Source: Candidatus Woesearchaeota archaeon B3_Woes
GTDB taxonomy: Archaea; Nanobdellota; Nanobdellia; Woesearchaeales; B3-WOES
Reading direction: 5' to 3'
Length of the DNA: 64,000 nt
NCBI GenBank assembly: GCA_005222965.1
Contig: NJBG01000001.1
Location: 435,061 to 499,060 of the forward strand
Made by a program: the position numbers and the translations under genes. Shown here in pieces: positions 18,859 through 28,135 of this stretch. Under the pieces are notes generated by a model, which saw only the letters and a list, made by a program, of their open reading frames with translations, ran no database searches and was not told the DNA's origin. Positions within the stretch are counted from its first letter, which is position 1. Every line of letters starts with the position of its first letter.

Positions 18859-19950
18859 TTATTCAATATCTCTCAGTCCTTGTTCTTCAACAGCAAAATT
18901 GCATTCACCATCTGCTAGATTAGGGGCATCAACAAGCTTTGCTACTCTTGTTCCTTTTTTACCTTTTCTCAGATAAATTCTAAATGTAGATGCGTGTGCA
19001 ACTATATGGCCACCAATAGGTGCTGTAGGGTCACCAAAAAACTGATCAGGTTTAGACATAACTTGGTTTGTTACATAAACGCATAAGTTATTCATATCAG
19101 CTAATTTGCTAAGAACATGCATGTGTTTGTTTAATTTTTGTTGTCTCTCTGATAATGTCCCTCTTCCTATAAACTCTGCTCTAAAATGTGCAATTAATGA
19201 GTCTATAATAACGACCTTGACATTTAAGCCGTTTTTTTTAATCAAGTCTTCTACTTTTTCTGCCAACAACATTTGATGATCTGAATTATATGCTCTAGCA
19301 ACTTTGATGTTTTTTAAAACTTGTTCAGGATTAAGCCCTGCTCCTTTTGCTAATTGTATTATTCTTTCTGGTCTAAATGTATTTTCAGTATCAATATAAA
19401 CTGCTACTGCGCTTGGATCTTCTTTTTGACAATTTACAGCTAATAAGTGTCCTACTTGTGTTTTTCCAGATCCAAATTCGCCAAAACATTCTGTTATAGC
19501 TCCAGTTTCAAATCCTCCACCCACCAAAGTATCAAAGACTTTGCTTCCGGTGCTTATCCTTGTAACTGTATTTCTTTTTTCTAAGATATCTGCACCAGAT
19601 TCAAAGCCCATATCAAGATTTGATCTAGCAGATATAATCATTTTTTTAGCAGAAGCTTCTGAAACACCAGTTGCTTCGACTAATTGCCCTGGTGTTGCTA
19701 CTGCAATGCTCATTAAATCGTTGTAACCTACTGTTGATAATTTTTCAGCTGTAGCTGCACCTACTCCTGGTAAATCAGTTACAGTCATTTCTTTTGTTTT
19801 TTCCATTTTTGTTTCTTTTTTAGTTTTTTTGAGTTCTTTAGTTTCTTCTTGTGATAATTCATTATCTATAATTACTTCTTCTTTTGTGTCTGTCTGTGCA
19901 TCTATATTAGCATTTGGTTTTGATAATTTAAGTTTTTGCATTTTTATCAC
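18859..19950 (-). CDS. radA: DNA repair and recombination protein RadA, with an unusual ~55-aa Lys/Glu-rich N-terminal extension
   Basis: HhH domain (LPGVGAATAEKLSTVGY). Walker A GEFGSGKTQ. Subunit-interface Phe motif. Full RadA core of 363 aa. Confidence 0.9.
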   Translation of the reverse strand: MIKMQKLKLSKPNANIDAQTDTKEEVIIDNELSQEETKELKKTKKETKMEKTKEMTVTDLPGVGAATAEKLSTVGYNDLMSIAVATPGQLVEATGVSEASAKKMIISARSNLDMGFESGADILEKRNTVTRISTGSKVFDTLVGGGFETGAITECFGEFGSGKTQVGHLLAVNCQKEDPSAVAVYIDTENTFRPERIIQLAKGAGLNPEQVLKNIKVARAYNSDHQMLLAEKVEDLIKKNGLNVKVVIIDSLIAHFRAEFIGRGTLSERQQKLNKHMHVLSKLADMNNLCVYVTNQVMSKPDQFFGDPTAPIGGHIVAHASTFRIYLRKGKKGTRVAKLVDAPNLADGECNFAVEEQGLRDIE

Positions 19951-19954
19951 CTTT

Positions 19955-20269
19955 TTACATTACTATTTCTTCAACATCAATTTCCCCAGTAGGGGAAGCA
20001 TCTTGCTCTTTTATAACAAGATACTCATAAGCTTTGTTTAAGACTAAAGAAGCTTTAGGTAAGTCATTTAATCTTAAAGAATTAGTAGACTTCCAAGTGC
20101 CGTCTTTATCAGTATATCTCCTTTGTAGAGTTATGGTTCTAAACTCCACTTGGCTTCCATCCTTTTTGGATGTTCCACTATTTTTCCACACAGTTGCGCT
20201 TATAGCACCTGTGCTAAACTTTTTTTCTGGCTTATTGCCAGCCTTTTCTGTATTTTCCATACAAACCAC
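19955..20269 (-). CDS. Small protein, possibly a PC4/YdbC-like (DUF3276-like) ssDNA-binding protein, co-transcribed with radA
   Basis: 104 aa. KFSTGAISATVWKN...TITLQRRYTDKDGTWKSTNSLRLNDLPKA loosely resembles the PC4-fold pattern (…REY..K.G..KGISL…). Ends 5 nt before the radA start codon. Confidence 0.35.
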   Translation of the reverse strand: MVCMENTEKAGNKPEKKFSTGAISATVWKNSGTSKKDGSQVEFRTITLQRRYTDKDGTWKSTNSLRLNDLPKASLVLNKAYEYLVIKEQDASPTGEIDVEEIVM

Positions 20270-20428
20270 CTCTTGCTTTCGCGTTTTATTTCAAACTTCC
20301 CTTAATTATGAGCTAGTCAATGACTGCTCCAGGAAGCGAGGTCTGATGTTATTCAAAACATCTTAACTATAGTAAAGTATAGCTTATTTATATATGTTAG
20401 GTGTACATGGCAAATGGCAAGTGGTTTC

Positions 20429-20884
20429 TTATAAAGTTACTAAGAAATACACATCAGCAATTATCAACACAATAAATAGTATTGTTTCTGTTAAAGAACC
20501 AGTTTTAATGAATCCTTTTAATCTCTTTTTTAGAGGCCAAACCAACCGAACTCCTCTGACTGTAAAACAATCCAACAACAAATGGCTTAAATAACCAAAA
20601 GAAACAGATATTGCAACGTCTATATTTATCATAAATAACAAAAGATAAAGGATTATTGGTAAAAATATTGAATGCATTATTCCCCTATGACTAAAGAAAA
20701 ACTTGATTAACAATGCTAAAGGTTTTACTTTTTGTGAAACTTTACTTTTTAATTCATCAATATCTGGTGCAAGACCAAAAATCATAAACAATACAATAAA
20801 TAATATTTGATTTTGGATATCTAAATATTTGATAAGTAAAACTCCCATTAAGAAAGAAAATGCTAGATGTGTATAATATCTCAT
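20429..20884 (-). CDS. Membrane-bound metal-dependent hydrolase-like protein (YdjM/DUF457-like)
   Basis: Polytopic 151 aa. HRGIMHS and HLLLD His motifs in TM loops are typical of DUF457. Confidence 0.45.
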   Translation of the reverse strand: MRYYTHLAFSFLMGVLLIKYLDIQNQILFIVLFMIFGLAPDIDELKSKVSQKVKPLALLIKFFFSHRGIMHSIFLPIILYLLLFMINIDVAISVSFGYLSHLLLDCFTVRGVRLVWPLKKRLKGFIKTGSLTETILFIVLIIADVYFLVTL

Positions 20885-21879
20885 TCTACTTTTGCTAATC
20901 TTTCGATTTCTTCTTTTGGATCTGGATTTAAATCAACATCATTTGCTACAAATTCTAATCTATCGAACATTGTGTTTTTAGTTACCCTTCCGGTAATCTT
21001 TATTTGTTTTCCTAATAAATCGTTCTTCACAACTTCAAATTCCTGTGGGTTTGTTTTATAGTTTAGTAGTTGTTCTTTTGATTGACTAACTAATTTTTCA
21101 ACCTGGTCTCTAAAAAACACAGCCCTTATTGTTTCTGTTCCATCATCCAAAACAATATTCATTACATAAGAATAATCAGGATTCACATTTTTGTGTTCCT
21201 GACAAACAAAATTTCCTTCAAATGGTTTTGCTCTTTTTCCACAATCAGGACAAACCTCAAAAAATTTTGGTTCAAAACTTTGAACAACTGTTCCAAATAA
21301 AGTAACATTGCTGCTCTTTTCATCTAAATCAACTATATTTTTTCTTGATGGGTCTGGTCTAGCAGTCTCTACTATAGTTCCAATTGTTTCTCCTTCTGGA
21401 TTTACAGTAAGTGTACTTTTATCATTCATGTGAATTTCTTTTAAGTTATTGTTTTCTCTCGCATATCCTGATTTTACCCTTATAACGTCTCCATCTTCAA
21501 ATTGGGACATTTCATCAGCTTTAGAACCCCAACAAACTACCCTTATTGTTCCTGTTTCATCTCCAATGATAAAACTTCCAACCTTTCCTTCTCTTCCATT
21601 GGTATTAAACTCTCTTACATCAAATTTTCTTGTAACCTTTCCAACCGTTTCAATATCCCTCATACCAGAAAGGATGTTTTTGATTTGTAATTTTCCAGAA
21701 GTCTGTTCAAATAACTTAATTCCTAATTCATTTGCAACAATATAGGCTGCACCCTCTTTGCTCACTAAGCCAGATAATTGATCTAACTTAGTATCAATTT
21801 TACTTTTAATCTCTTCCTCAGAAAGGTTTGATTTTTCTTTTATTTTTGCAATTGCATCATCTAAAGGCATTGATATCAT
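20881..21879 (-). CDS. rpa: Replication protein A (RPA) with OB folds and an inserted C4 zinc ribbon
   Basis: OB-fold region (GKVTRKFDVREFNTNGREGKVGSFIIGDETGTIRVVCWG). Zn ribbon CPDCGKRAKPFEGNFVCQEH. Second OB (IRAVFFRDQVEKL). Confidence 0.75.
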   Translation of the reverse strand: MISMPLDDAIAKIKEKSNLSEEEIKSKIDTKLDQLSGLVSKEGAAYIVANELGIKLFEQTSGKLQIKNILSGMRDIETVGKVTRKFDVREFNTNGREGKVGSFIIGDETGTIRVVCWGSKADEMSQFEDGDVIRVKSGYARENNNLKEIHMNDKSTLTVNPEGETIGTIVETARPDPSRKNIVDLDEKSSNVTLFGTVVQSFEPKFFEVCPDCGKRAKPFEGNFVCQEHKNVNPDYSYVMNIVLDDGTETIRAVFFRDQVEKLVSQSKEQLLNYKTNPQEFEVVKNDLLGKQIKITGRVTKNTMFDRLEFVANDVDLNPDPKEEIERLAKVE

Positions 21880-21948
21880 TAATAACCACCAATAAAAGAA
21901 ATTGGGTTTTCATTTATATATATTTAGGTTTTGAAAAATAATAATAAA

Positions 21949-23451
21949 TTAAGTTAATGGTATTTCTCCCTTCTCAAAAACAGAACCAGTGTATAATCTG
22001 GCCTCTTCAGTATCCATAGTTGATTTTCCTTCTTCAGTTATATAACTCCACCCATCATGATACGCTCTTATTACTATTAAAACATTATCTGGTTTACCTG
22101 AATTTCTTAAATACTCTCTTGTTTTCTTAAAATAGAGGGCTCCTGCATAAATTTGCATATTTATATGTTCTCTTTCTTTGCTAGTAGATATTTCATTGTA
22201 AAAATAACTAGTATTATACTCATTAAAAGAAATTTTATATTCTTTTAAAGAAGGATATTTTTTTATTAAATCAGGATAGATATCTTTAACAGCTTCATGA
22301 AACATTTGCATTGCTCCATGTGCTCTTCCATCATATGCCTTATTCAAATATATTCCAAAATCAGATTCGGTTCCAAGAAGACCTAGTATAACTTTATAAT
22401 TAACATCTAGTTCTTTTGCTATATCATAAACATCTTTTAAATATATGTTTCCCTTTATTTCATTATCATTTGGTATTGGTGTTTCTCTTGAAAATCCAAA
22501 TTTAATTTTTTCAAATGCCTCTTCAGGAATATAATAAGTTGTAATGCTTATATCTTTCCAATCTTTTTCAATAGTATTGGGTAAATCTTCTTCATTTTTC
22601 AAGAAATAAGCAAAGTTAATATGTACTTTTCTTTTTAATAATCCTTGAAGAGTATAAATCCACACTTCTTTATTACTTGTAACATCAAATAAAGCAAAAT
22701 CATTTTCAAATTCTATAGACCATTTCCTAGATAACCCTTTAAAATATATTTGTGCTTCAATACATTCTCTAATGTTTTCTACATCTTTACACCAATTAAA
22801 TATAGATTTTGCTTCATTAACAGATTCTTGGAAATCATCAAAATTCGCATCTATTGCAAAAGAAGGGACGAACAAATAACTTCCAATTTTATCATTATTT
22901 TGGTTTATTATATCTAAAGATATATCTTTTATTGGCTCTCCAATAATCTTGTCCTCTTTTATTGTTAAAAAATAATTATCATCTGAGAAAATATTCTCTT
23001 CTGGATAATTTGTAAGATAGTTATTTAACTCTTTTTCAAACAATAATTTAAAGTTTAAGACAAGTTCTGGGTAACACTTTTTATCTTTTGTCTCCCAAAT
23101 TGAATGTATTTTATATCTTCCGCAACCGGTTTCTTGAAAAAATCCTCCTCGCTGACCAAATAAATAAAGAGACTGATCAACAGAATTTTTAGCTGATTGA
23201 TCTATGTAAAACAAAATGTTTTCTGATTCCTGGGCAGTTTCTAAAAGTTTTAACTGAGTTAAACCAATATTTTTATTTTCTCCTTTGATTTCATTTAATT
23301 GTGAAAACAAGAATAGTAAAGCTAGAGGAACAACAACTAATGCTAACAAAACAGCAAAATCTAATCCTTTTTTATTTGTTTTAAGCTTGTTTAAAATATT
23401 AAAAATTCTATATTTCTCTGAATTTTTATTTTTTATAAATTGATAGTTCAA
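21949..23451 (-). CDS. Membrane-anchored protein with a C-terminal lytic transglycosylase (SLT/GH23 lysozyme-like) domain
   Basis: N-terminal TM. C-terminal region has the three SLT signature blocks in order: GTESDF (catalytic E-S), GAMQM (GLMQ motif) and RAYHDGWS (AYNAG motif). Confidence 0.5.
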   Translation of the reverse strand: MNYQFIKNKNSEKYRIFNILNKLKTNKKGLDFAVLLALVVVPLALLFLFSQLNEIKGENKNIGLTQLKLLETAQESENILFYIDQSAKNSVDQSLYLFGQRGGFFQETGCGRYKIHSIWETKDKKCYPELVLNFKLLFEKELNNYLTNYPEENIFSDDNYFLTIKEDKIIGEPIKDISLDIINQNNDKIGSYLFVPSFAIDANFDDFQESVNEAKSIFNWCKDVENIRECIEAQIYFKGLSRKWSIEFENDFALFDVTSNKEVWIYTLQGLLKRKVHINFAYFLKNEEDLPNTIEKDWKDISITTYYIPEEAFEKIKFGFSRETPIPNDNEIKGNIYLKDVYDIAKELDVNYKVILGLLGTESDFGIYLNKAYDGRAHGAMQMFHEAVKDIYPDLIKKYPSLKEYKISFNEYNTSYFYNEISTSKEREHINMQIYAGALYFKKTREYLRNSGKPDNVLIVIRAYHDGWSYITEEGKSTMDTEEARLYTGSVFEKGEIPLT

Positions 23452-23878
23452 CTTCTATTGCCTCCTTGGTATACGATGGAATTAGAGTGGATGCTTCATA
23501 CTTCTTCTTTCCTTTCAATATTCCTTGAATAAAATTGTAATTTCCGGCTTTTTTGGTATTTTCAATAGAAAGATGCCAAATATAATTCTCTCCATAATAA
23601 GCCACTATAAAAATAGTTATATGTTTTTCCAAAGTGTAATATTCATCAGAAAGATAAGATTGTATAATCATATCTGATATTGCTCCGTCTGCTGTTTCTG
23701 TTCTTAATAAATTTAATAATAAAATATTATTATCTATGTTTTTTGGAATCTCTTTTACAGCAAAATTAATAGGTTTAAATACTTCACCATAAGCACTATA
23801 AAAAACAGTTATCTCTAATGTGATAATAGCTATAGACAATAACAATGTTAAAGCCTTTCCTATCCCTTTTTTATCCAT
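23426..23878 (-). CDS. Hypothetical protein with a class III (pilin-like) signal peptide
   Basis: MDKKG|IGKALTLLLSIAIITL N-terminus. Confidence 0.4.
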   Translation of the reverse strand: MDKKGIGKALTLLLSIAIITLEITVFYSAYGEVFKPINFAVKEIPKNIDNNILLLNLLRTETADGAISDMIIQSYLSDEYYTLEKHITIFIVAYYGENYIWHLSIENTKKAGNYNFIQGILKGKKKYEASTLIPSYTKEAIEVELSIYKK

Positions 23879-23880
23879 TT

Positions 23881-24390
23881 TTAATCAGGATACCTCTTTT
23901 TATGATATGCTAAATCAATTGTAAGTTTTGCTTGTTTAAATTCTTCTTCTGATTTTACTAAAACATAATATTCATTTACAACTCTATAAAATATTTTAGA
24001 AATATCATATCCTTCTTCATTATAATAAATGATTGCGTCTTGTTTTGTTTCATCAAAATAATCTAATTGTATTTTAATTCCAAATTCTTTTCCTATATAA
24101 TTTTCTCTGTCAAGAGCTGTTTGTAATGTTTGTTCATTAAATTTCAAAGGATCCATAATTCCAGTAAATAATCTTCCATGAATATCATCTCCATAAGATA
24201 AGGCATTAATAACTCTCTTTGAATAAGTATAATATTCAAGATTATGTGTAGAAGTTGTTTGGGATAATAGGGTATTTGCAGATGTGGCTATAATAATCAC
24301 TACAACAGCTGTCAAAGGTAAATAAAAAAACCAGTAAATCAAATCTTCTGATTTCCCTCTCTTATTTTTCAAAAGTTTATTCATTTTCAA
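23881..24390 (-). CDS. Hypothetical N-terminally anchored protein (island member)
   Basis: MKMNKLLKNKRGKSEDLIYWFFYLPLTAVVVIIIA. Overlaps neighbouring genes at both ends. Confidence 0.35.
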   Translation of the reverse strand: MKMNKLLKNKRGKSEDLIYWFFYLPLTAVVVIIIATSANTLLSQTTSTHNLEYYTYSKRVINALSYGDDIHGRLFTGIMDPLKFNEQTLQTALDRENYIGKEFGIKIQLDYFDETKQDAIIYYNEEGYDISKIFYRVVNEYYVLVKSEEEFKQAKLTIDLAYHKKRYPD

Positions 24391-25255
24391 AATATTCTAT
24401 TAAACCTTTATTTATTATATTTACAACGTTTTTTGGATAGTTTCTTGGTAAAATTATGGATAATGATGCTTCTTTTCCTTTAAACTGGAAATAAGATTTA
24501 TCTATAGGAATTGTATTCACAGATTTGATATTGGTTGCAAAAAGATTTGAAATAGAGCAAGACAATGTCTTACTGGATTTACTGAGAGTATGATAAAATA
24601 TTTTAAGTTCATCATCATTTTGTGAGGTTTTTAATTCAATTACAATATCAATATTATTTCTTATTTCATCAAAAGTATCAGCAGAAATATAAAAGGAATC
24701 ATGATTTGGATGCTGTGCTTCTAATGAATCTGTTATTTCCCTTAAAGATTCATCTGAAACCAAAAGGAAAGATGTAGATTCTAGACTTTTTGTTGGTTTC
24801 AAACTTGGACAAACAACAATATTTTCATTAAATTCTATATTATCTTTATAATCAACTTCGAATTTATTTCCTTGTTTCAAAAAAGCGATTGAAACAGGAA
24901 ATTCTCCTAATGTTTTTAATAATAAAGGAGAATTTTTATCATCTATAAAATAACTAGATAAAGGTAATTTGTCTTTTTCATAAACATTTACTACATTATC
25001 ATTAAATTGGAAGCTGAAATTTTTTGTGTCTTGTGCATATTTTAAAAAAACAGTTCCGGGCATGCTTTGTATAGTGTCAATAATCAAAGAAAGATCTGTT
25101 GATAAAAATTGTTTATCAAAATCTGTTTTGTCTTTCATTGTTGATATCATAGAAAAAAGCAGAAGACCCACAACCCCCAAAGCCAATACTGTATGAAAAA
25201 CAGGATCCATCATAATACTCACCAAATCCCCTTTTTTAGAACGATATAATTTCAT
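24377..25255 (-). CDS. Hypothetical N-terminally anchored protein (island member)
   Basis: MKLYRSKKGDLVSIMMDPVFHTVLALGVVGLLLF. 292 aa. Confidence 0.35.
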   Translation of the reverse strand: MKLYRSKKGDLVSIMMDPVFHTVLALGVVGLLLFSMISTMKDKTDFDKQFLSTDLSLIIDTIQSMPGTVFLKYAQDTKNFSFQFNDNVVNVYEKDKLPLSSYFIDDKNSPLLLKTLGEFPVSIAFLKQGNKFEVDYKDNIEFNENIVVCPSLKPTKSLESTSFLLVSDESLREITDSLEAQHPNHDSFYISADTFDEIRNNIDIVIELKTSQNDDELKIFYHTLSKSSKTLSCSISNLFATNIKSVNTIPIDKSYFQFKGKEASLSIILPRNYPKNVVNIINKGLIEYFENE

Positions 25256-25257
25256 TT

Positions 25258-25776
25258 TTATTTGTTATATTTAGGAGAGATAACTGCAATATTGTTATTT
25301 TTTTCTAAATTAACTACACTTACTTTTTCTTGATTCTCTATTTTTGGGTTTGTTGTTTGAAAACAAATGTTTCCCTCAACACATTTGCCTTCTTTTATTT
25401 TTCCACCATTTTTAAATTTTTCACACTTGTCTGGATTGGTTCCATAATTATATTCATTTTTTTCTCCATCTATTTTAAATAGGCATAAACAAGTTAAATC
25501 GCTGCAACTAATGTTGGATTGAAGAGATTCTTTTTCAAAAGCAACCAGATAATAAAACTGCCCTTTGATAGGCACACCTATAGATTCTTTATCGCTTAAA
25601 TCATTAATTTCAGCAATAATTCTTTCAAAATCAAAATCTCTCTGGTCTTTTGCTTCAGTAGTATAAGATCTGTAAAACATAGTAAGAATAACTATCATCG
25701 AAACGGCTAAAATTAAATGAGGTACAAGTTTAACAACCTCTTCTAATGTAATCTCTCCTCTTTTATCATTAAACAT
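25258..25776 (-). CDS. Hypothetical Cys-rich protein with a class III-like signal anchor
   Basis: MFNDKRG|EITLEEVVKLVPHLILAVSMIVIL. Mature part has 8 Cys. Confidence 0.35.
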   Translation of the reverse strand: MFNDKRGEITLEEVVKLVPHLILAVSMIVILTMFYRSYTTEAKDQRDFDFERIIAEINDLSDKESIGVPIKGQFYYLVAFEKESLQSNISCSDLTCLCLFKIDGEKNEYNYGTNPDKCEKFKNGGKIKEGKCVEGNICFQTTNPKIENQEKVSVVNLEKNNNIAVISPKYNK

Positions 25777-25815
25777 AAAAAGAAACGGAGTTTTGAGGTA
25801 TATATAGTTTTCTGT

Positions 25816-26112
25816 TTATTCTTTTTGTTCTTTACAACAAATTTTATCTTTATTAACACATTTTAAACTTGATTCTGTTGTCCAACTATCCCCCAACACA
25901 CTACAATCAGAACCAGAAATACATCTTGTATCGCTAAACAATGCGCCACATGTATCTCCTTTAACAGCTTTTTCAGATTCATCTGCGATATTAGTATATT
26001 TTTCCATAGTATTTCCTATTTGGGTTCTAAAAACAAATATAAGAATAACCAAAACAACTAAAGAAAGTATTGCCATAACTAATGTTTGCATTGCAATGCC
26101 TTTTTTATTCAT
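25816..26112 (-). CDS. Small 6-Cys pilin-like protein (class III signal peptide), paralog of the 32334-33121 trio
   Basis: Start re-assigned to the internal Met at 26112: MNKKG|IAMQTLVMAILSLVVLVIL. Mature domain Cys pattern C…C…C…C…CC ends KICCKEQKE. Confidence 0.5.
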   Translation of the reverse strand: MNKKGIAMQTLVMAILSLVVLVILIFVFRTQIGNTMEKYTNIADESEKAVKGDTCGALFSDTRCISGSDCSVLGDSWTTESSLKCVNKDKICCKEQKE

Positions 26113-26155
26113 ACAAAAATATAGATATTGTTCATATTTAAATATTTCTATATAA

Positions 26156-27424
26156 ATGAACAATTTTAAATATATCATTAATATTCTTTCTTACATTATG
26201 GGATTAGGACAATTAACAGAAAAAGTTTTTCAAGAATCAAGAATCGGAAGAAATCTAATGATATTAGGATTGGGTGGATTAAGTTTAATTGTTTCTCAAG
26301 CTTTAGCACGCAATACAAAAAAACAAGAAACACAAGATAAAGAAGTAATTGAATGGGTCTTACCTCAAGAAACATATAAAGTTGTTTTTCCTTTTAAAGA
26401 ACCAGAAACAAAATTTGAAAAAAGGATTTACAATCAATTGGGTGATGATGTCAAATATATGATGTGGAAAAGAAAATCAACTGATTTTAAAATGGCTTTG
26501 GCTTTATCAAATGTTATTAATAATCCAGGAATTAGTGCTTTTCAGAATGTAATAGATAAATTGATTGAACAGAGAAATCATACGGAATATGTTCCTCTAG
26601 AAGATATGGAAAAATATAACATAACTAAATCTAATTACCAAGGCACAATAGATCCTACTAGAACATTACCCCAGCCAGTTTTTTATCAACAAACCTGGTC
26701 TGGAGATATAATTCTTTTAGAAAAGGGAGATTTATTGCTACCTGAAACAAGCATTAGTGTTCCTCCAGGGATGGTTTATGTAAAAGGGGGCATTTTTGAT
26801 ATGGGGGATGTGATGGAAGATAATGAAATTTATGACGAAATACCTCTTCATAAAGAAGAAGTGGGAGATTTTTATATTGACATATATGAAGTGACTCAAG
26901 CCGAATTTACAAGAGTGATGGGATATATACCAGGCATAGGAAATAGTGAAGAATTACCAGCGGAAGGAATTCATTGGCCAGATGCAGATGAGTATTGTAG
27001 AAGAGTAGGCAAAAGATTACCAACAGAAGCAGAATGGGAATATGCTGCAAGAGAAAGAGGGGAAAAAGTTCGTTTTGGTAATGGTAAAAATATTATTGGT
27101 ATGGAAGACGCAAATTTTTGTTATGTTGGCCAATTTAGTAGGTTTTATCCTTATTATATCCCTAGTCGACATAGTGACCTGCGTTTTGGAGTAGTACCAG
27201 TTGGAAGTTATCCCCCAAATGCACTTGGTCTTTATGATATGACAGGTAATGTAGAGGAATGGGTATCGGATTGGTTTTATAATAGGTTCAATAAAAAAGT
27301 TTATGTATTAAAAGGCGGTTCTTATACTGGAAATCCTGCTGAAGTACGTGCAACATCTCATATGAGGGATACCGTAGTGGGAGTTAATTCTGAAGCAGGG
27401 TGCCGTTGTGTAAAAGACAGATAA
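26156..27424 (+). CDS. Secreted FGE-sulfatase (SUMF1/formylglycine-generating enzyme) domain protein
   Basis: Sec-type signal (RNLMILGLGGLSLIVSQALA|RN). FGE-domain blocks LPTEAEWEYAAR, GLYDMTGNVEEWVSDW, LKGGSY and terminal GCRCV. The true start may be an internal Met (26198). Confidence 0.7.
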   Translation: MNNFKYIINILSYIMGLGQLTEKVFQESRIGRNLMILGLGGLSLIVSQALARNTKKQETQDKEVIEWVLPQETYKVVFPFKEPETKFEKRIYNQLGDDVKYMMWKRKSTDFKMALALSNVINNPGISAFQNVIDKLIEQRNHTEYVPLEDMEKYNITKSNYQGTIDPTRTLPQPVFYQQTWSGDIILLEKGDLLLPETSISVPPGMVYVKGGIFDMGDVMEDNEIYDEIPLHKEEVGDFYIDIYEVTQAEFTRVMGYIPGIGNSEELPAEGIHWPDADEYCRRVGKRLPTEAEWEYAARERGEKVRFGNGKNIIGMEDANFCYVGQFSRFYPYYIPSRHSDLRFGVVPVGSYPPNALGLYDMTGNVEEWVSDWFYNRFNKKVYVLKGGSYTGNPAEVRATSHMRDTVVGVNSEAGCRCVKDR

Positions 27425-27472
27425 TAATATAAAACAATAAAATTTATATAACACTAAACTTCATAATCTTCT

Positions 27473-28126
27473 ATGGTTAATAAAAAAAGAGGTATTGTAT
27501 TAATTCTTGTTATTTTCGTAATTATAATTGTTGCATTATTAATAACATTACCTAAAAAAATAGTATATAGTAAAGATCCTCAAGATTGGATTGAGGAAGA
27601 AGGTATAACAAATATAATTGATGTTAAACATGCTACAGAAGGGAATGGCTATTTTAATACAAACAATCAGCAATATAAATATTTACAAGTTAATACTGCT
27701 TTTGGTTATGATGGTTTTTACAAAGGAGCATTCTTCAAAAACAAATATATTGATTCTTCTAATCAATTACATATAGAGATAACGCCTAACTTAAATCCTA
27801 ACGATGGTATTTTACAAGGAATTATTGTTGAAAAATTTGAAAACGGAAAACCAATATCTTATATATTCCTTGATGAAGATTGGAGAAAACAATTTAATGA
27901 TAATATAAATATTGTTTGGGGCCAAACCTATCAAAACTTTAAGAAATTTGAGTTTAATCAAATATCAACAGGAGTTTATATGGATAAAGTAGAAGATGAT
28001 TCTGATAGATTTTTTGAAGACTTTAACATACATGTTGGTGGTGTTTTGGTTGGAGATTTGAAAGTTTTTGGAGAAAACATATCTCAAATTGAAGAAGAAA
28101 ACGTTACACTAATCGCTATACACTAA
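27473..28126 (+). CDS. Hypothetical protein with an N-terminal class III-like signal anchor
   Basis: MVNKKRG|IVLILVIFVIIIVALLITL. 217 aa. Confidence 0.35.
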   Translation: MVNKKRGIVLILVIFVIIIVALLITLPKKIVYSKDPQDWIEEEGITNIIDVKHATEGNGYFNTNNQQYKYLQVNTAFGYDGFYKGAFFKNKYIDSSNQLHIEITPNLNPNDGILQGIIVEKFENGKPISYIFLDEDWRKQFNDNINIVWGQTYQNFKKFEFNQISTGVYMDKVEDDSDRFFEDFNIHVGGVLVGDLKVFGENISQIEEENVTLIAIH

Positions 28127-28135
28127 TCCACTAAA

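Noticed and set aside
20270-20428. Relatively GC-rich intergenic patch (…ctgctccaggaagcgaggtctgatg…) considered as a possible C/D-box sRNA or tRNA
   Set aside because: No canonical C box (RUGAUGA) paired with a D box (CUGA) at the right spacing on either strand. No tRNA-like T-loop (GTTCRANYC) or acceptor pairing found. It is more likely just the promoter or leader of the radA operon.
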